Assembly (NCBI GenBank): GCA_963771045.1
Contig: CAVYRW010000004.1
Location: 288,001-352,000, forward strand
DNA length: 64,000 nt
Direction of reading: 5' to 3'
Origin: Waddliaceae bacterium
GTDB taxonomy: Bacteria > Chlamydiota > Chlamydiia > Chlamydiales > SLFE01
Below the pieces are notes generated by a model. The model had not been told where the DNA came from, made no database searches, and saw nothing but the letters and a program-made list of their open reading frames with translations. The stretch's first letter is position 1. Each line of letters begins with the position of its first letter. Shown in pieces: positions 20,424 through 30,267 of this stretch. The position numbers and the translations under genes are program-made.

Positions 20424-20697
20424 TTACATAAACAGGATTTGATTATTTCTAGCCGGCTTGCGCAATCAAAATCTGTTCCTAGGGCCGCTAAAACTGCACT
20501 TATTACCGGGTTATGGTTTGTCTTGACTGCATAGTAGAGTTTTACAGAAGGGAGGTGTGTGTTCCAGAGCTCGAGTCTATCGACAAGAGAGGAGATATTG
20601 ACAATGTGAAAGCTATCCGGACAATCCTCTTCCCTTGCAAGTCGGCGGATAGTTTCAAGAGTATCAGCATGAGAGAAAGCAAAAAGAAAACGCGCAT
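20420..20697 (-). pseudogene. truncated ornithine decarboxylase-like (fold-III PLP enzyme) remnant
   Basis: manual minus-strand translation: DSFHIVNISSLVDRLELWNTHLPSVKLYYAVKTNHNPVISAVLAALGTDFDCASRLEI, with YAVK and FDCASxxE; nearest ATG is out of frame; stop at 20420. Confidence 0.8.
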
Positions 20698-20703
20698 AAA
20701 ATC

Positions 20704-21225
20704 TTACCTGAAATCCCAGGTTTCCTTTAATAGTTCTGTAAATTCATTATCTTCATTGACTTCATAAATTTTTTTCCATACAAAGCGTCTGCCGCGATCG
20801 TAGAGGATGAGGCCGTTATAGTCATCGCCAAGGATTAGATAACTCATTTGATGTACTGAGGCCAGCCAGCCATGAGGACTGTAGATTTCGCATCTGATGC
20901 ACAGTTTTTCTTGAAAATAATGATGTTCGAAAAAAATCGTCCTGTCGTTTTGATCCCTTATCAGCATCACGACCTTTTCCGGCGAGGCGCTCACCTTTTC
21001 TTTTTCCCATCCTACTTGCTGCTGTTCATTGAGCTTGCGGAAATCCAAAATTGAAGAGTCGTACAAAATATCTTCGAAATTTCCTTTTTTATAGCTTTCA
21101 ATTGTGATGTGTTTTTTGTAGGGATCGGCTACTATTTTATAGCAGCGAGGTTCTGATGAAGGATCTTCGACTTTTTGAATGCCTGCGGGCAATCCTTTGT
21201 TCCATACGTAATTTTTGTAATACAT
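20704..21225 (-). CDS. hypothetical protein
   Basis: ORF; start placed at MYYKNY to avoid overlapping ogt. Confidence 0.7.
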   Translation of the reverse strand: MYYKNYVWNKGLPAGIQKVEDPSSEPRCYKIVADPYKKHITIESYKKGNFEDILYDSSILDFRKLNEQQQVGWEKEKVSASPEKVVMLIRDQNDRTIFFEHHYFQEKLCIRCEIYSPHGWLASVHQMSYLILGDDYNGLILYDRGRRFVWKKIYEVNEDNEFTELLKETWDFR

Positions 21226-21247
21226 AAAATGAATATATAAGGAGAGT

Positions 21248-21694
21248 GTGAATATGTCGAAGGAATTTTCGTTTAAGTGCGGACCGGAAATAACGGTATT
21301 CATTGAAAATTCAGTCAAGTTTGCCCCCTCAGGTTCTTTTAAGCTTATCATTTCTGAAACTCAGCCCTTTGCCGAGAAAATCATCTTATGGTGCGAAGCC
21401 TATTCGCAAAAAAGAGAAGCTTCAATCAACTTTTCTTTAGCACTGACTTCTTTTGAAAAAAAAGTGCTCTCAGAATTAAAAAAAGTCCCTTTTGGACAAA
21501 CAATTACTTACAAAGGACTAGCTGAAGACTTAGGCTCGCCAAAAGCGTTTCGCGCAGTTGGCAGGGCCTTAGGAAAGAATCCCTGGCCATTATTTATTCC
21601 CTGCCACCGAGTTGTTGCCTCGGATGGTTTGCTAGGGGGATTTTCGGGGGGGCTGGAAATCAAGAAGCGGCTATTAGATTTTGAGCAGTTTTAG
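21248..21694 (+). CDS. ogt: methylated-DNA--protein-cysteine methyltransferase
   Basis: VPFGQTITY, RAVG, NP, IPCHRVV active site. Confidence 0.9.
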   Translation: MNMSKEFSFKCGPEITVFIENSVKFAPSGSFKLIISETQPFAEKIILWCEAYSQKREASINFSLALTSFEKKVLSELKKVPFGQTITYKGLAEDLGSPKAFRAVGRALGKNPWPLFIPCHRVVASDGLLGGFSGGLEIKKRLLDFEQF

Positions 21695-23334
21695 ACATTA
21701 AGTTTTTTATCGACAAGGATATTTCTCAATTCAGCAAGCATAAAGAGATTATTGACTCGTTTGCCGGCATCTTCAGCCATCTGATCCGATCGCGATTGGA
21801 GGTTTCCAAAGTGAGTATTCCAATTGCGCTGCCATGTGCTTACTGCGTCAGCGGCATTGAAAATAGTTTTGACAATACGATCGACACTCTCATTTTCCAG
21901 TATGTCCTTAACAAGAACATCGTCGTCTATTTCTAAAACTTCTTTTTTATTCTTATTATAATTGTTGATCGCTTCTTCTTTATGGGTTTGGACATAATGT
22001 CTGATAAGATTTTCTGTATTTTTTTTTGCATATTTTGTTGCCAAAACCTGAAAACGTTTTTTTTGATTTTGAAATTGGGAATGATACCATTGCATAATCT
22101 TTTCCTGTTTATCGAAATAGTCATTGATTGTTTTGCTATTGATAAGATTTAAATGATTAGCTAACTGTCCACCAGTATCATCTATGGGTTCACCATCTTT
22201 GATCCTTTCTAGCAAGTTTTCAATTTCTTTCATTTGCGGCATAAGAATTTTTTCTGCATTTCTGAGATATTTTTTATCTCTTTTTCCGAGTCTTGGTTTG
22301 GCTCCTTTGAAAAAATCGGTTAAGAATTTTAAATCATCATGATATCTTTCTATATTTTTCTTAAATTCATTTAAGTTTCCTTCAACCTTACTCAATCTTT
22401 GGGAATCAGGAGAAGGGGCCAAAACTTCTTTTAAGGGCTCTTCACCGACTTTGTCCAAGTTTTGTTTGAAATCTTGCATGAGTTGTAGATGGAGGTTATC
22501 CAGTTGTCCTGAAAGCTCATGATTGGGTTTTGTTGATGCTTTGCGTGCCTTTAAAGTTTCATATTGGCTTGCCATATCTCTTAGAGTTCCCACAAAGGAA
22601 AGAAGTTGTTTTCTATTCTGATTGTTTATATCTGGACCTAAAAGAGGTTTAAGTCCTTCTTCGCGGTCAAATTTTTTGATCTCCGAGTTGAATTTAAGCG
22701 CCAGATCGTCATCATAGACTTTAGAATGAGTTAAAAGGTCGTGGAGGGTGCCAATGGCATCTTTTATTTCGGTATTGGCTGCTTTAGTGGATAAATCGGC
22801 AAGTTTTCGCTTCTGCGTTTTGTTTAAGTTGACTTTCTCCTGCAGTTGCCGTTGCCTGGGATCTATCGGGACGAATGCCTCTTCTTTTTCTTTACCCTTG
22901 TCTTTGACAAGTCCCTGCTCTGCCCTATTTCTAGGAGTCCATTCATCGATATCCCGGTAGACATTTTCTAGGTTTTCCGGGCGGATCATGATAGGGGGCT
23001 CATTCTTAGGACCTTCTAAATCTGTCAAAACAGCATCGATATTTTCGGGCTGGATGTCGGTCTTTCTGGCTATTTTTGAGATCGCTATCGCAAGCCGTTG
23101 CTGCTTGCCTTTTAGAAATTGGAGCTCCCATTGATTAATTTTGAGCTGAACTTTAAATTCCGGCTGGGTTTGCTGCCTGGCAATTTTCTGACTCAAAACC
23201 TGTATTTTTTGATCAATTTTAGAATTCTCTTTCAGGAGAACGGTCAAATTTTGGCCATTAGGGAGCTTTCCCTGTTTTTCGACAGATAGGAAGCGGCCCT
23301 GCGATCCTTCAGGAGCGTTATGAACACTATCCAT
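21691..23334 (-). CDS. helical/coiled-coil hypothetical protein, candidate effector
   Basis: 547-aa Lys/Gln/Leu-rich ORF, GAGG RBS, very AT-rich upstream region. Confidence 0.75.
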   Translation of the reverse strand: MDSVHNAPEGSQGRFLSVEKQGKLPNGQNLTVLLKENSKIDQKIQVLSQKIARQQTQPEFKVQLKINQWELQFLKGKQQRLAIAISKIARKTDIQPENIDAVLTDLEGPKNEPPIMIRPENLENVYRDIDEWTPRNRAEQGLVKDKGKEKEEAFVPIDPRQRQLQEKVNLNKTQKRKLADLSTKAANTEIKDAIGTLHDLLTHSKVYDDDLALKFNSEIKKFDREEGLKPLLGPDINNQNRKQLLSFVGTLRDMASQYETLKARKASTKPNHELSGQLDNLHLQLMQDFKQNLDKVGEEPLKEVLAPSPDSQRLSKVEGNLNEFKKNIERYHDDLKFLTDFFKGAKPRLGKRDKKYLRNAEKILMPQMKEIENLLERIKDGEPIDDTGGQLANHLNLINSKTINDYFDKQEKIMQWYHSQFQNQKKRFQVLATKYAKKNTENLIRHYVQTHKEEAINNYNKNKKEVLEIDDDVLVKDILENESVDRIVKTIFNAADAVSTWQRNWNTHFGNLQSRSDQMAEDAGKRVNNLFMLAELRNILVDKKLNV

Positions 23335-23450
23335 AATACCTCAAATTATTATAATCATATTATAACATAGATATTATAAAATATAAATTTATGAGTATTA
23401 TATGTTTTAATGATAGTTATTTAGGGTAATTAAATTATTTCCCCAATAGT

Positions 23451-24059
23451 TTACACTGCCATTTTCTTCCGAATTTCGATATAATCTTGAAAGTGCGAGT
23501 CCTTTAAGTCTACAGCATTGATTTTAAGCATCTTGTCAATTGTTCCTTGGGGAAGGGTGCCAAGTGCTTGGGTGTAGAGTTGCCTCAATATTTGTTTATC
23601 TTTGATAAAAGGAAGAACAACAGGGGCTAAGGAGTCGAAGGTTTGAGAATCTTCCTTTCCTTTCAATGCGGCCTGTTTCATTTTATCAATGGCTTCTTTA
23701 AGGGGAGGTCTTATTCTGAGTTGAAGTTTAATTTTTTGGAGATCCAGAGATCCGCTATAAAATGTTGTATCTTCATTTTTTTGATATTTTTTGATGAAAT
23801 TGGTGACTTCACTTTTTTTTGATTTTTTTTTAGCTAATGGAAACCATGATTTTTTCTTGGTAACTTTTTTAATTTGTAGCTTTTTGCCTAGCTTGTGCCA
23901 ATTCCAGCCGTTTTGACTTAAAATCAGTCTTTCAAAATATTTACATGTCGTTGCTAAATTGTAACCATCTTTTATCGATAAATTTTGGAAAATTAGTTCC
24001 TTAATTTCCGGAGGTACATAAATAAATAAACCTGAGTTACATTCCATAATTAAATCCAT
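23451..24059 (-). CDS. F-box domain protein
   Basis: N-terminal VPPEIKELIFQNLSIKDGYNLATTCKYFERL matches the F-box consensus. Confidence 0.75.
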   Translation of the reverse strand: MDLIMECNSGLFIYVPPEIKELIFQNLSIKDGYNLATTCKYFERLILSQNGWNWHKLGKKLQIKKVTKKKSWFPLAKKKSKKSEVTNFIKKYQKNEDTTFYSGSLDLQKIKLQLRIRPPLKEAIDKMKQAALKGKEDSQTFDSLAPVVLPFIKDKQILRQLYTQALGTLPQGTIDKMLKINAVDLKDSHFQDYIEIRKKMAV

Positions 24060-24167
24060 TAAAATTTAAATAATAATTTTATTATATAAGAGAATAAAAT
24101 TCAATATAAAAAATATTTTAAAATAGTCTAGCAGAGGTGTTTAATTTAGCAACTCTTTGGTTTTCAG

Positions 24168-25298
24168 CTATTTAAATGTAGATTCAAAACTTCTGTATTC
24201 TTCGATCAATTGTTTTGCCTCTTTAGTAGGATAATTGAGAAGGCATTCGTTGATAAAATACTCTTTTGACCAGTGGATGCCATTGAAGGAGGGAACAATG
24301 CGCAGGTTATCAAAAAGCTTGTCGAACTGAAAAAGGATATCCGCTTGCAAACCCAGAAAAATCACCGGCAGATCGAATTCCTGCGACTCATCAAATCGGA
24401 AATCGGGCTTTTCCGCAGGAATCCATTGCCCCTCCTCATTGATAACTTCCAAGTCTTCGGATTTGCACATTTCTAAAAAGACGAATTCGGGCATCTGCGT
24501 TCCCAGCTCTTCACACCACTTTGTGTAAAACGCAAGAAAACAGGCGATGCTTGCGCCGGAAGAGTTGTCTAAAATATAGAGTTTTTTCGAAGTGATTTGT
24601 GCATTATCGGGGCTAAGCATCAGCTTTTCAAGCATGGCTCTGAACATTTTTTCTCCGCTGGGAGTCACAAGGTCCAAAAAGGCCCAGGGCCACAGACTTT
24701 TATATTTAAGTTTGCATAAATAATTGGGGCGCCCGGAAAATGGCACGTTAACAATTGTTGTTTGCCCTCCCGCTTTTTCATTGAGAATCTTTACCATTTC
24801 TCCGACATAGGCGGGGGTTTGTCCGAGAACTATGAGGATATCTTCCTGAACATATTCATAGATGATTTTTGCGATTCTTAAGGTTTCCTTTTTCACTTCC
24901 TCTTTTTTGAAATAATCAATTGAAGAAGATCGACCGTTTTCTCTATAGGGAGGGCATTTGTCAAAAAAAAAGCGGTCGATTTTTTCATCAGTTAAGTTGT
25001 AGCCGGCAACATTTTGAAAAATGGGTTTTAAAATGTCATGAGCGTCTTTTCTATCGAAAAAATAGATGGGGTGGCTTGTATCCTCTGGATAATCGATCGG
25101 TTGCATCTCTTCCTGAACTTTGACAAAGTCTAAAAGAGTCTGAATCCATCCTTGATGAACTTCCCAGAGCTTTGTTTGACGCCCGTCGAGTTCAGTCTCC
25201 ATGTCAATGGTTTGCAAACAGTCCAGAAGGGAGGGAGCTGCAGATAATATGTTGCAAGCAAGCAGGGCTAAGAAAAAAAGCGTCTTCAATCGTTTCAT
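24168..25298 (-). CDS. exported hypothetical protein
   Basis: signal peptide MKRLKTLFFLALLACNILSA; AGGAG RBS. Confidence 0.75.
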   Translation of the reverse strand: MKRLKTLFFLALLACNILSAAPSLLDCLQTIDMETELDGRQTKLWEVHQGWIQTLLDFVKVQEEMQPIDYPEDTSHPIYFFDRKDAHDILKPIFQNVAGYNLTDEKIDRFFFDKCPPYRENGRSSSIDYFKKEEVKKETLRIAKIIYEYVQEDILIVLGQTPAYVGEMVKILNEKAGGQTTIVNVPFSGRPNYLCKLKYKSLWPWAFLDLVTPSGEKMFRAMLEKLMLSPDNAQITSKKLYILDNSSGASIACFLAFYTKWCEELGTQMPEFVFLEMCKSEDLEVINEEGQWIPAEKPDFRFDESQEFDLPVIFLGLQADILFQFDKLFDNLRIVPSFNGIHWSKEYFINECLLNYPTKEAKQLIEEYRSFESTFK

Positions 25299-25437
25299 AA
25301 AAACTCCTGAAATAAAGTATCAATCCCGACAAATAAACACAACAGGTGTTTTATCAAAATTTATTCGGGCATTTAAAAATTCTTAACATTTCTTCCCTAC
25401 GATAGGAATCCCTTGATCATTGAAAAGGAAGGAATTT

Positions 25438-25605
25438 ATGAAAAAGCAGGAACTGCTCAGAAAATTGGCACAGCTCGAGACAAAAGAAGACTATTTGCAA
25501 GCAGAGCTCGATTATCTCAATGAATTGTTAAAAAAAGTAGGATTCGAGAGAGGTATTCTCACCTTAAAAGCTGCCGCCGAAGCGATTGTGGCAAGCTCTA
25601 GTTAA
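25438..25605 (+). CDS. small coiled-coil hypothetical protein
   Basis: AAGGAAGG RBS; heptad pattern LAQLETKEDYLQAELDYLNELL. Confidence 0.6.
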   Translation: MKKQELLRKLAQLETKEDYLQAELDYLNELLKKVGFERGILTLKAAAEAIVASSS

Positions 25606-25606
25606 T

Positions 25607-26983
25607 TCAATTTTTGCCCGGAAGAAGCGCATGAATGGCCTCTTCCACAAGCTCTACGGGATGAATAGCAATTTTGTTTTGAAGCTGCCGTGAAATGGCT
25701 TTAAAGTTGTATTTGGGAATGATCAATCGCTCAAAACCCATCTGTATGGCTTCTTTGATTCGGTTTTCAATCCGGGGAACGCTTCTGACTTCTCCGCTAA
25801 GGCCCACTTCGCCCATGACGGCGGTTTCGGCGTGGATGATGCAGTTTTGCAGCGAAGAGGCTACAGCGGTGATGATGCCGAGGTCGACGGCAGGCTCGAC
25901 GACTTTCATCCCGCCGGCGACAGAAACGAACACATCGCATTGATGAAGGGGATACCGCAGCCTTTTTTCTAAGACTGCAAGCAAAAGCGCCATGCGGTTC
26001 TGATCGATCCCTGCCGATTTTCTAGAAGGGGTCGGGTAGGATGTGGGAGTGACCAGCGCTTGTACTTCGATCAGGATAGGGCGGGAGCCTTCGATTGTCG
26101 GTACGATCGTCGATCCAAGGACTTCCTTTTTCCTCTCTTCCAGAAAGATTTGGGATGGATTGGGCACTTCTGCCAGGCCGCTTTCGGTCATTTGAAAAAC
26201 GGCGATCTCATCGGTCGGGCCGAATCGGTTTTTGACGACGCGGATCATCCGATAGTGATTGTTTTTATCTCCTTCAAAATAGAGGACTGTGTCGACAAGG
26301 TGTTCGAGGACTTTAGGTCCTGCGATTTCTCCGCTTTTTGTGACGTGGCCGACTAGAAATGTGGCGATGTTCATCCTTTTGGCGATGTGCATAAACTCGG
26401 TTGTCGTTTCCCTCACTTGCGAAACGGAGCCCGGCGCGGATTGAATCTCTCCTTTGTAGACTATCTGAATGGAATCGACAATCAGGATATCGGGCTGTAT
26501 CTCGTCAATCTGCGCTTTGATGTGTGTGAAATGGGTTTCGCTTAAAAGCAGGAGGTTGTCGGAGTCGATGCCGAGCCGTTTGGCTCTCAAGGAGGTTTGC
26601 AGGACAGATTCTTCTCCTGAGATGTAAAGAATGGTGAGCCCCTGCTTTGCCAGCGCATAGGAAAGCTGAAGGAGAAGCGTCGACTTGCCAATGCCCGGAT
26701 GACCCCCGACGAGCGTCAGTGAACCGGCGACGATGCCGCCGCCGATGAGCCTGTCGAATTCTTGGATCTTAGTGAGCATTCTGGGCGTTTTGTCTTGCTT
26801 GACATCGCGAATACGGACAGGCTTGCTGGTTTTAAGAGTCTGGCATTCGAATTTTTTGGTCTTTTCAGACAGTTCGACTTCTTCATGGAGAGTGTTCCAT
26901 TCGCTGCATTCGGGACATTGGCCCGCCCACTTATACTGCTTATGGCCGCAATCGCCGCAGAACCACAGGCTTTTAACTGCCAT
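25607..26983 (-). CDS. radA: DNA repair protein RadA/Sms
   Basis: C4 zinc finger, GHPGIGKSTL, KNRFG, Lon-like C-terminus GEVGLSGE. Confidence 0.95.
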   Translation of the reverse strand: MAVKSLWFCGDCGHKQYKWAGQCPECSEWNTLHEEVELSEKTKKFECQTLKTSKPVRIRDVKQDKTPRMLTKIQEFDRLIGGGIVAGSLTLVGGHPGIGKSTLLLQLSYALAKQGLTILYISGEESVLQTSLRAKRLGIDSDNLLLLSETHFTHIKAQIDEIQPDILIVDSIQIVYKGEIQSAPGSVSQVRETTTEFMHIAKRMNIATFLVGHVTKSGEIAGPKVLEHLVDTVLYFEGDKNNHYRMIRVVKNRFGPTDEIAVFQMTESGLAEVPNPSQIFLEERKKEVLGSTIVPTIEGSRPILIEVQALVTPTSYPTPSRKSAGIDQNRMALLLAVLEKRLRYPLHQCDVFVSVAGGMKVVEPAVDLGIITAVASSLQNCIIHAETAVMGEVGLSGEVRSVPRIENRIKEAIQMGFERLIIPKYNFKAISRQLQNKIAIHPVELVEEAIHALLPGKN

Positions 26984-27698
26984 TGCCGCCTCCGATTCCT
27001 AAATACTGCAGAGCATTTTGAGCTGCTTGCTGCTGCGCTTCTTTTTTTGAAGGTCCGGTCCCTCTGCCGATTTCTTCCCGGTTGATCTGAACGGAGATAA
27101 CAAAGGTTTTGCTGTGGTCGGGTCCCGATTCTTCGGCGACTTCATAAATGGGGGTTTGCTGATAGGTTTTTTGCGAGTAGTCTTGAAGAAGGGCTTTCCA
27201 GTTGTGAAGCGGCTTTTTCATGATATTGTTAATCTGAGAGGAGAAGTTTTGAAACAAAAACCTTCGTGCCGCTTCGATGCCTCCGTCGAGGTAGATCGCT
27301 CCGATGACAGCTTCGAACAGATCGGAAAGGATCGACTCGCGCCCTCTGCCGTCGTTCATTCTTTCTCCTTTGCCAAGAAGAATGTAGTCTTCGATTTTCA
27401 GATCCTGAACATACAAAACACAGGAGCCCGCTTCGACCAGCCTCGAGCGAAGGTAGGAGAGTTCACCTTCCGGTGTGGAGGGGAGGTATTTGTAGAGGTA
27501 TTCCGATACGAGAACTCCCAGGACGGCATCTCCGAGAAATTCGAGCCTTTCGTTGTGCTCGTCGACAAGATCTCGGTTTTCATTGACGAATGAACGGTGG
27601 ATTAAAGAAAGGGTTAATAGAGATTTGTCATCAAACTTGTAGCCGATTTTAGTTTCAATTTCACTAGTTTTGGATTTAACGGCATCATATTCGTTCAT
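26973..27698 (-). CDS. rnc: ribonuclease III
   Basis: HNERLEFLGDAVL, FEAVIGAIYLD, dsRBD with GPDH and SKKEAQQ. Confidence 0.95.
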   Translation of the reverse strand: MNEYDAVKSKTSEIETKIGYKFDDKSLLTLSLIHRSFVNENRDLVDEHNERLEFLGDAVLGVLVSEYLYKYLPSTPEGELSYLRSRLVEAGSCVLYVQDLKIEDYILLGKGERMNDGRGRESILSDLFEAVIGAIYLDGGIEAARRFLFQNFSSQINNIMKKPLHNWKALLQDYSQKTYQQTPIYEVAEESGPDHSKTFVISVQINREEIGRGTGPSKKEAQQQAAQNALQYLGIGGGNGS

Positions 27699-28765
27699 GC
27701 CCCAAATTTTAGCTCGTTTTCTAATTCGTGCCAAGTGCTCTTTAATGCGCGGATAATTGCCTGGAAAATTATTTGGATTTTTTGGAAGAATGAACTGGCT
27801 AATCGACGCTGAATCGAATTCCAGCTGACCTCGGTCATTGGCTTATTGCTCTTACAATCTTTGATCAATGTTTCAATTTTTCGTGGAATTGTCTTTGATT
27901 CCAAAGATCTTTCGAGCAATTGTCCAAATTGCTGCCTTGAGCTTAGAGAATCACCCGAGTATTCAGACCTTTCCGCATGGTCGACGACAACAGCTTTGCC
28001 AATAGGGGTGACCATAATATTTCTCTCATAGATGCCGTTATGGGGATAGCCGGATTTATCTAAAATCTTGAGTCCTTTGACAAGGCCTGCCATCAGGCTC
28101 GCGACATAAGAAAGCTTCTTGCCGGACAGATCAAGCTTTTCCAGAGTCTTGCCTTCAATTTTTTCAAAAATCAGTCCCCAGGCATTCAAATCGGCAACAT
28201 GAACCATCCCCTTAAATGAGGGAATGTGGGAAGACTTGGGCAAGCCGACAAGCATCTCGGCGTGTCGGCATGTTGAGTGCAGAGACATTTGCATCGATAG
28301 TGTTGATAGAGGCGCTTCTATATATTTATTGTATCTATCAGATGGTGGCGAGCTGTCGGTTTTAATAAAGAAAAGTTGTCTCGTTGCGACTCCAATAGGA
28401 TTTTTATCGATTTTTAAGACAACAGGCTCCCCGGAGGGAGCTATCGCTTCATAAAGCTGTCCATTAGCCCCGTGGGCATAGAGCTTGGGAAGACTTTTCA
28501 GCGCGAAGAGTGCCACATGATTGATTTTGTCAAGGGCAGGATCCGAGTCAATTTCTATTTCGTCTTTTTCATTCAAACAAGGCAGCTTGAGCTTTTTTAT
28601 CTCATATCTGTGGCGGGTAATGACGAACTCATAAGCGCTATTTAATTCCCATGTGAATGAAGATTTGGGAAACAATTCGGAGAGGCCAGTCGCACCAATT
28701 TTAAGTGAAGCAGTCTGCTCTGCATTTAAAGTAATTGGTTTTTCAAGTGGAATACTTATATTCAT
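27695..28765 (-). CDS. Ser/Thr protein kinase-fold protein, probable pseudokinase
   Basis: HGANGQLY Gly loop, VVLK, FEKIEG hinge; catalytic loop HNGIYERNI lacks Asp; DHA replaces DFG. Confidence 0.7.
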   Translation of the reverse strand: MNISIPLEKPITLNAEQTASLKIGATGLSELFPKSSFTWELNSAYEFVITRHRYEIKKLKLPCLNEKDEIEIDSDPALDKINHVALFALKSLPKLYAHGANGQLYEAIAPSGEPVVLKIDKNPIGVATRQLFFIKTDSSPPSDRYNKYIEAPLSTLSMQMSLHSTCRHAEMLVGLPKSSHIPSFKGMVHVADLNAWGLIFEKIEGKTLEKLDLSGKKLSYVASLMAGLVKGLKILDKSGYPHNGIYERNIMVTPIGKAVVVDHAERSEYSGDSLSSRQQFGQLLERSLESKTIPRKIETLIKDCKSNKPMTEVSWNSIQRRLASSFFQKIQIIFQAIIRALKSTWHELENELKFGA

Positions 28766-28828
28766 AGTCGTAAATAATACTTAAAAAGTTCTATTTAATT
28801 CAAGACAAAAAAACTACATTCGTCTATC

Positions 28829-29518
28829 ATGTTTTTTATGAAATTTGTTGTATCAGCAGAACAACGCCGTTTTTTTAGAGAACATGGCTATATTGAATTT
28901 GACGAGCTTTTGTCTCAGGAGAGCCTGAAAGAAGCAAGCGAAGCTGCAGGCAAGGTCCTATCCCTTCGGACAGGAGCGAAGGGCGGCGCTTTAAAACAGC
29001 TAGCTCACGCCGATGTATACCCTTATGCTAGAAATCTTTGGATGGACAGCGATAACATAAAAAAATTTGACTGCCAGGGCCGTTTGTCTGAGATTGCCCT
29101 CAGCCTAGCGGAAAAAAAAGAACTGATTTTGGGTTATGATCAACTCCTTTTGCCGGAGCTTTCATCCTATAATTCTTATTATTCAACCATTTTTCCCGAA
29201 GCTTTGCCTCTCTCGGATCTCAGTTCTGTACAGGGTATCTCATGCGCCATGATTGTCTGTTTGGAAGGGAGCGGGGAAATGGGACTTTTTCCCGCAGTAG
29301 CGGGGAATGTTACTTTTGTCAGCCCTAAAACGACAGTGGATTTTAGCGTTTTGAAAGAGAATTTCGACAAGAAGTATTTTCTGATTGTATTCGCCGATAT
29401 GAATTCGGTATATTTCCTCAAGGAGAACGACCCCAATACCCATTTCAACAAACAGAGAGGTTATGTCTTCGGAGACCGGCTTGCGAAGAAAGGCCATCCG
29501 ACAATACGAGTGAGATGA
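28829..29518 (+). CDS. chlamydial DcrA/CT296-like protein (PhyH/2OG-Fe(II) oxygenase-like fold)
   Basis: FFREHGYIEFDELLS PhyH-like N-terminus; recalled synteny next to rnc-radA in chlamydiae. Confidence 0.65.
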   Translation: MFFMKFVVSAEQRRFFREHGYIEFDELLSQESLKEASEAAGKVLSLRTGAKGGALKQLAHADVYPYARNLWMDSDNIKKFDCQGRLSEIALSLAEKKELILGYDQLLLPELSSYNSYYSTIFPEALPLSDLSSVQGISCAMIVCLEGSGEMGLFPAVAGNVTFVSPKTTVDFSVLKENFDKKYFLIVFADMNSVYFLKENDPNTHFNKQRGYVFGDRLAKKGHPTIRVR

Positions 29519-30267
29519 TGAAGGTTTGGAATACCGGAAGAGCCCCTGCCGGGGAAAATATGGCGCAGGATGGCTTCCTTTTAAAAAGCCTTGAAACCGA
29601 TCCCCAGCCGGTACTGCACCTGTATGACTGGCAGGACGATTCCGCAACCTATGGGCATTTTATTCAGCCAAAGAGCTGCTTTCATCTCGATACGACCGAG
29701 GAAAAGGGGCTTGTTATTCAAAAGAGGCCCACGGGAGGAGGGGTTATCTTCCATCTGACGGATGTAACGTTTTCTCTTGCGATCCCTTCTGGCCACCCCT
29801 TGCATTTTGGGACGCCTCTGCAATGCTATGCCGCTGTTAACTGGATTGTCCTGGATGCCATTCATGAATTTTTAGGAAATGAACCGCGGGGCGATCTTCT
29901 TCCGAATCAGCCGGATTCAGGAAATTATCCCCATGAAAAATTTTGCATGGCGCATCCCACGAGGTATGATGTGATCCTGGAGCGTAAAATCGGCGGGGCT
30001 GCACAGAGAAGGGGGCGCTTTGGATACCTTCATCAGGGCTCCATATCGGTTGCCGACCCCCCCTATGATTATTTGGAGGAAGTTCTGATCGACGGGAAAA
30101 AGGTGACCTCGGAAATGAGAAAAAATAGCCAATCCCTCCTTGGTCCCTGCCGCGGCAGGCGTCAGCTCGAGGAGGCAAAACAAGCCCTTCGGGAAATTTT
30201 ATCTAAGCGGCTTTTGCTTTCACGATGTGATGGATACCCAGGCCCAGCGAATGCTTCATTTCAATAA
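29515..30267 (+). CDS. lipoate--protein ligase / octanoyltransferase (LplA/LipM family)
   Basis: NMAQD, RPTGGGVIFH, RKIGGAAQRR, HQGSI; near gcvH. Confidence 0.85.
   Translation: MMKVWNTGRAPAGENMAQDGFLLKSLETDPQPVLHLYDWQDDSATYGHFIQPKSCFHLDTTEEKGLVIQKRPTGGGVIFHLTDVTFSLAIPSGHPLHFGTPLQCYAAVNWIVLDAIHEFLGNEPRGDLLPNQPDSGNYPHEKFCMAHPTRYDVILERKIGGAAQRRGRFGYLHQGSISVADPPYDYLEEVLIDGKKVTSEMRKNSQSLLGPCRGRRQLEEAKQALREILSKRLLLSRCDGYPGPANASFQ

Noticed and set aside
22300..22400. RhoGEF (DH)-like motif NEFKKNIERYHDDLKFLTDFF in the 547-aa protein
   Set aside because: Resembles only the first DH helix; I could not find the conserved PxQR..Y.LLL segment. Needs a structure search.
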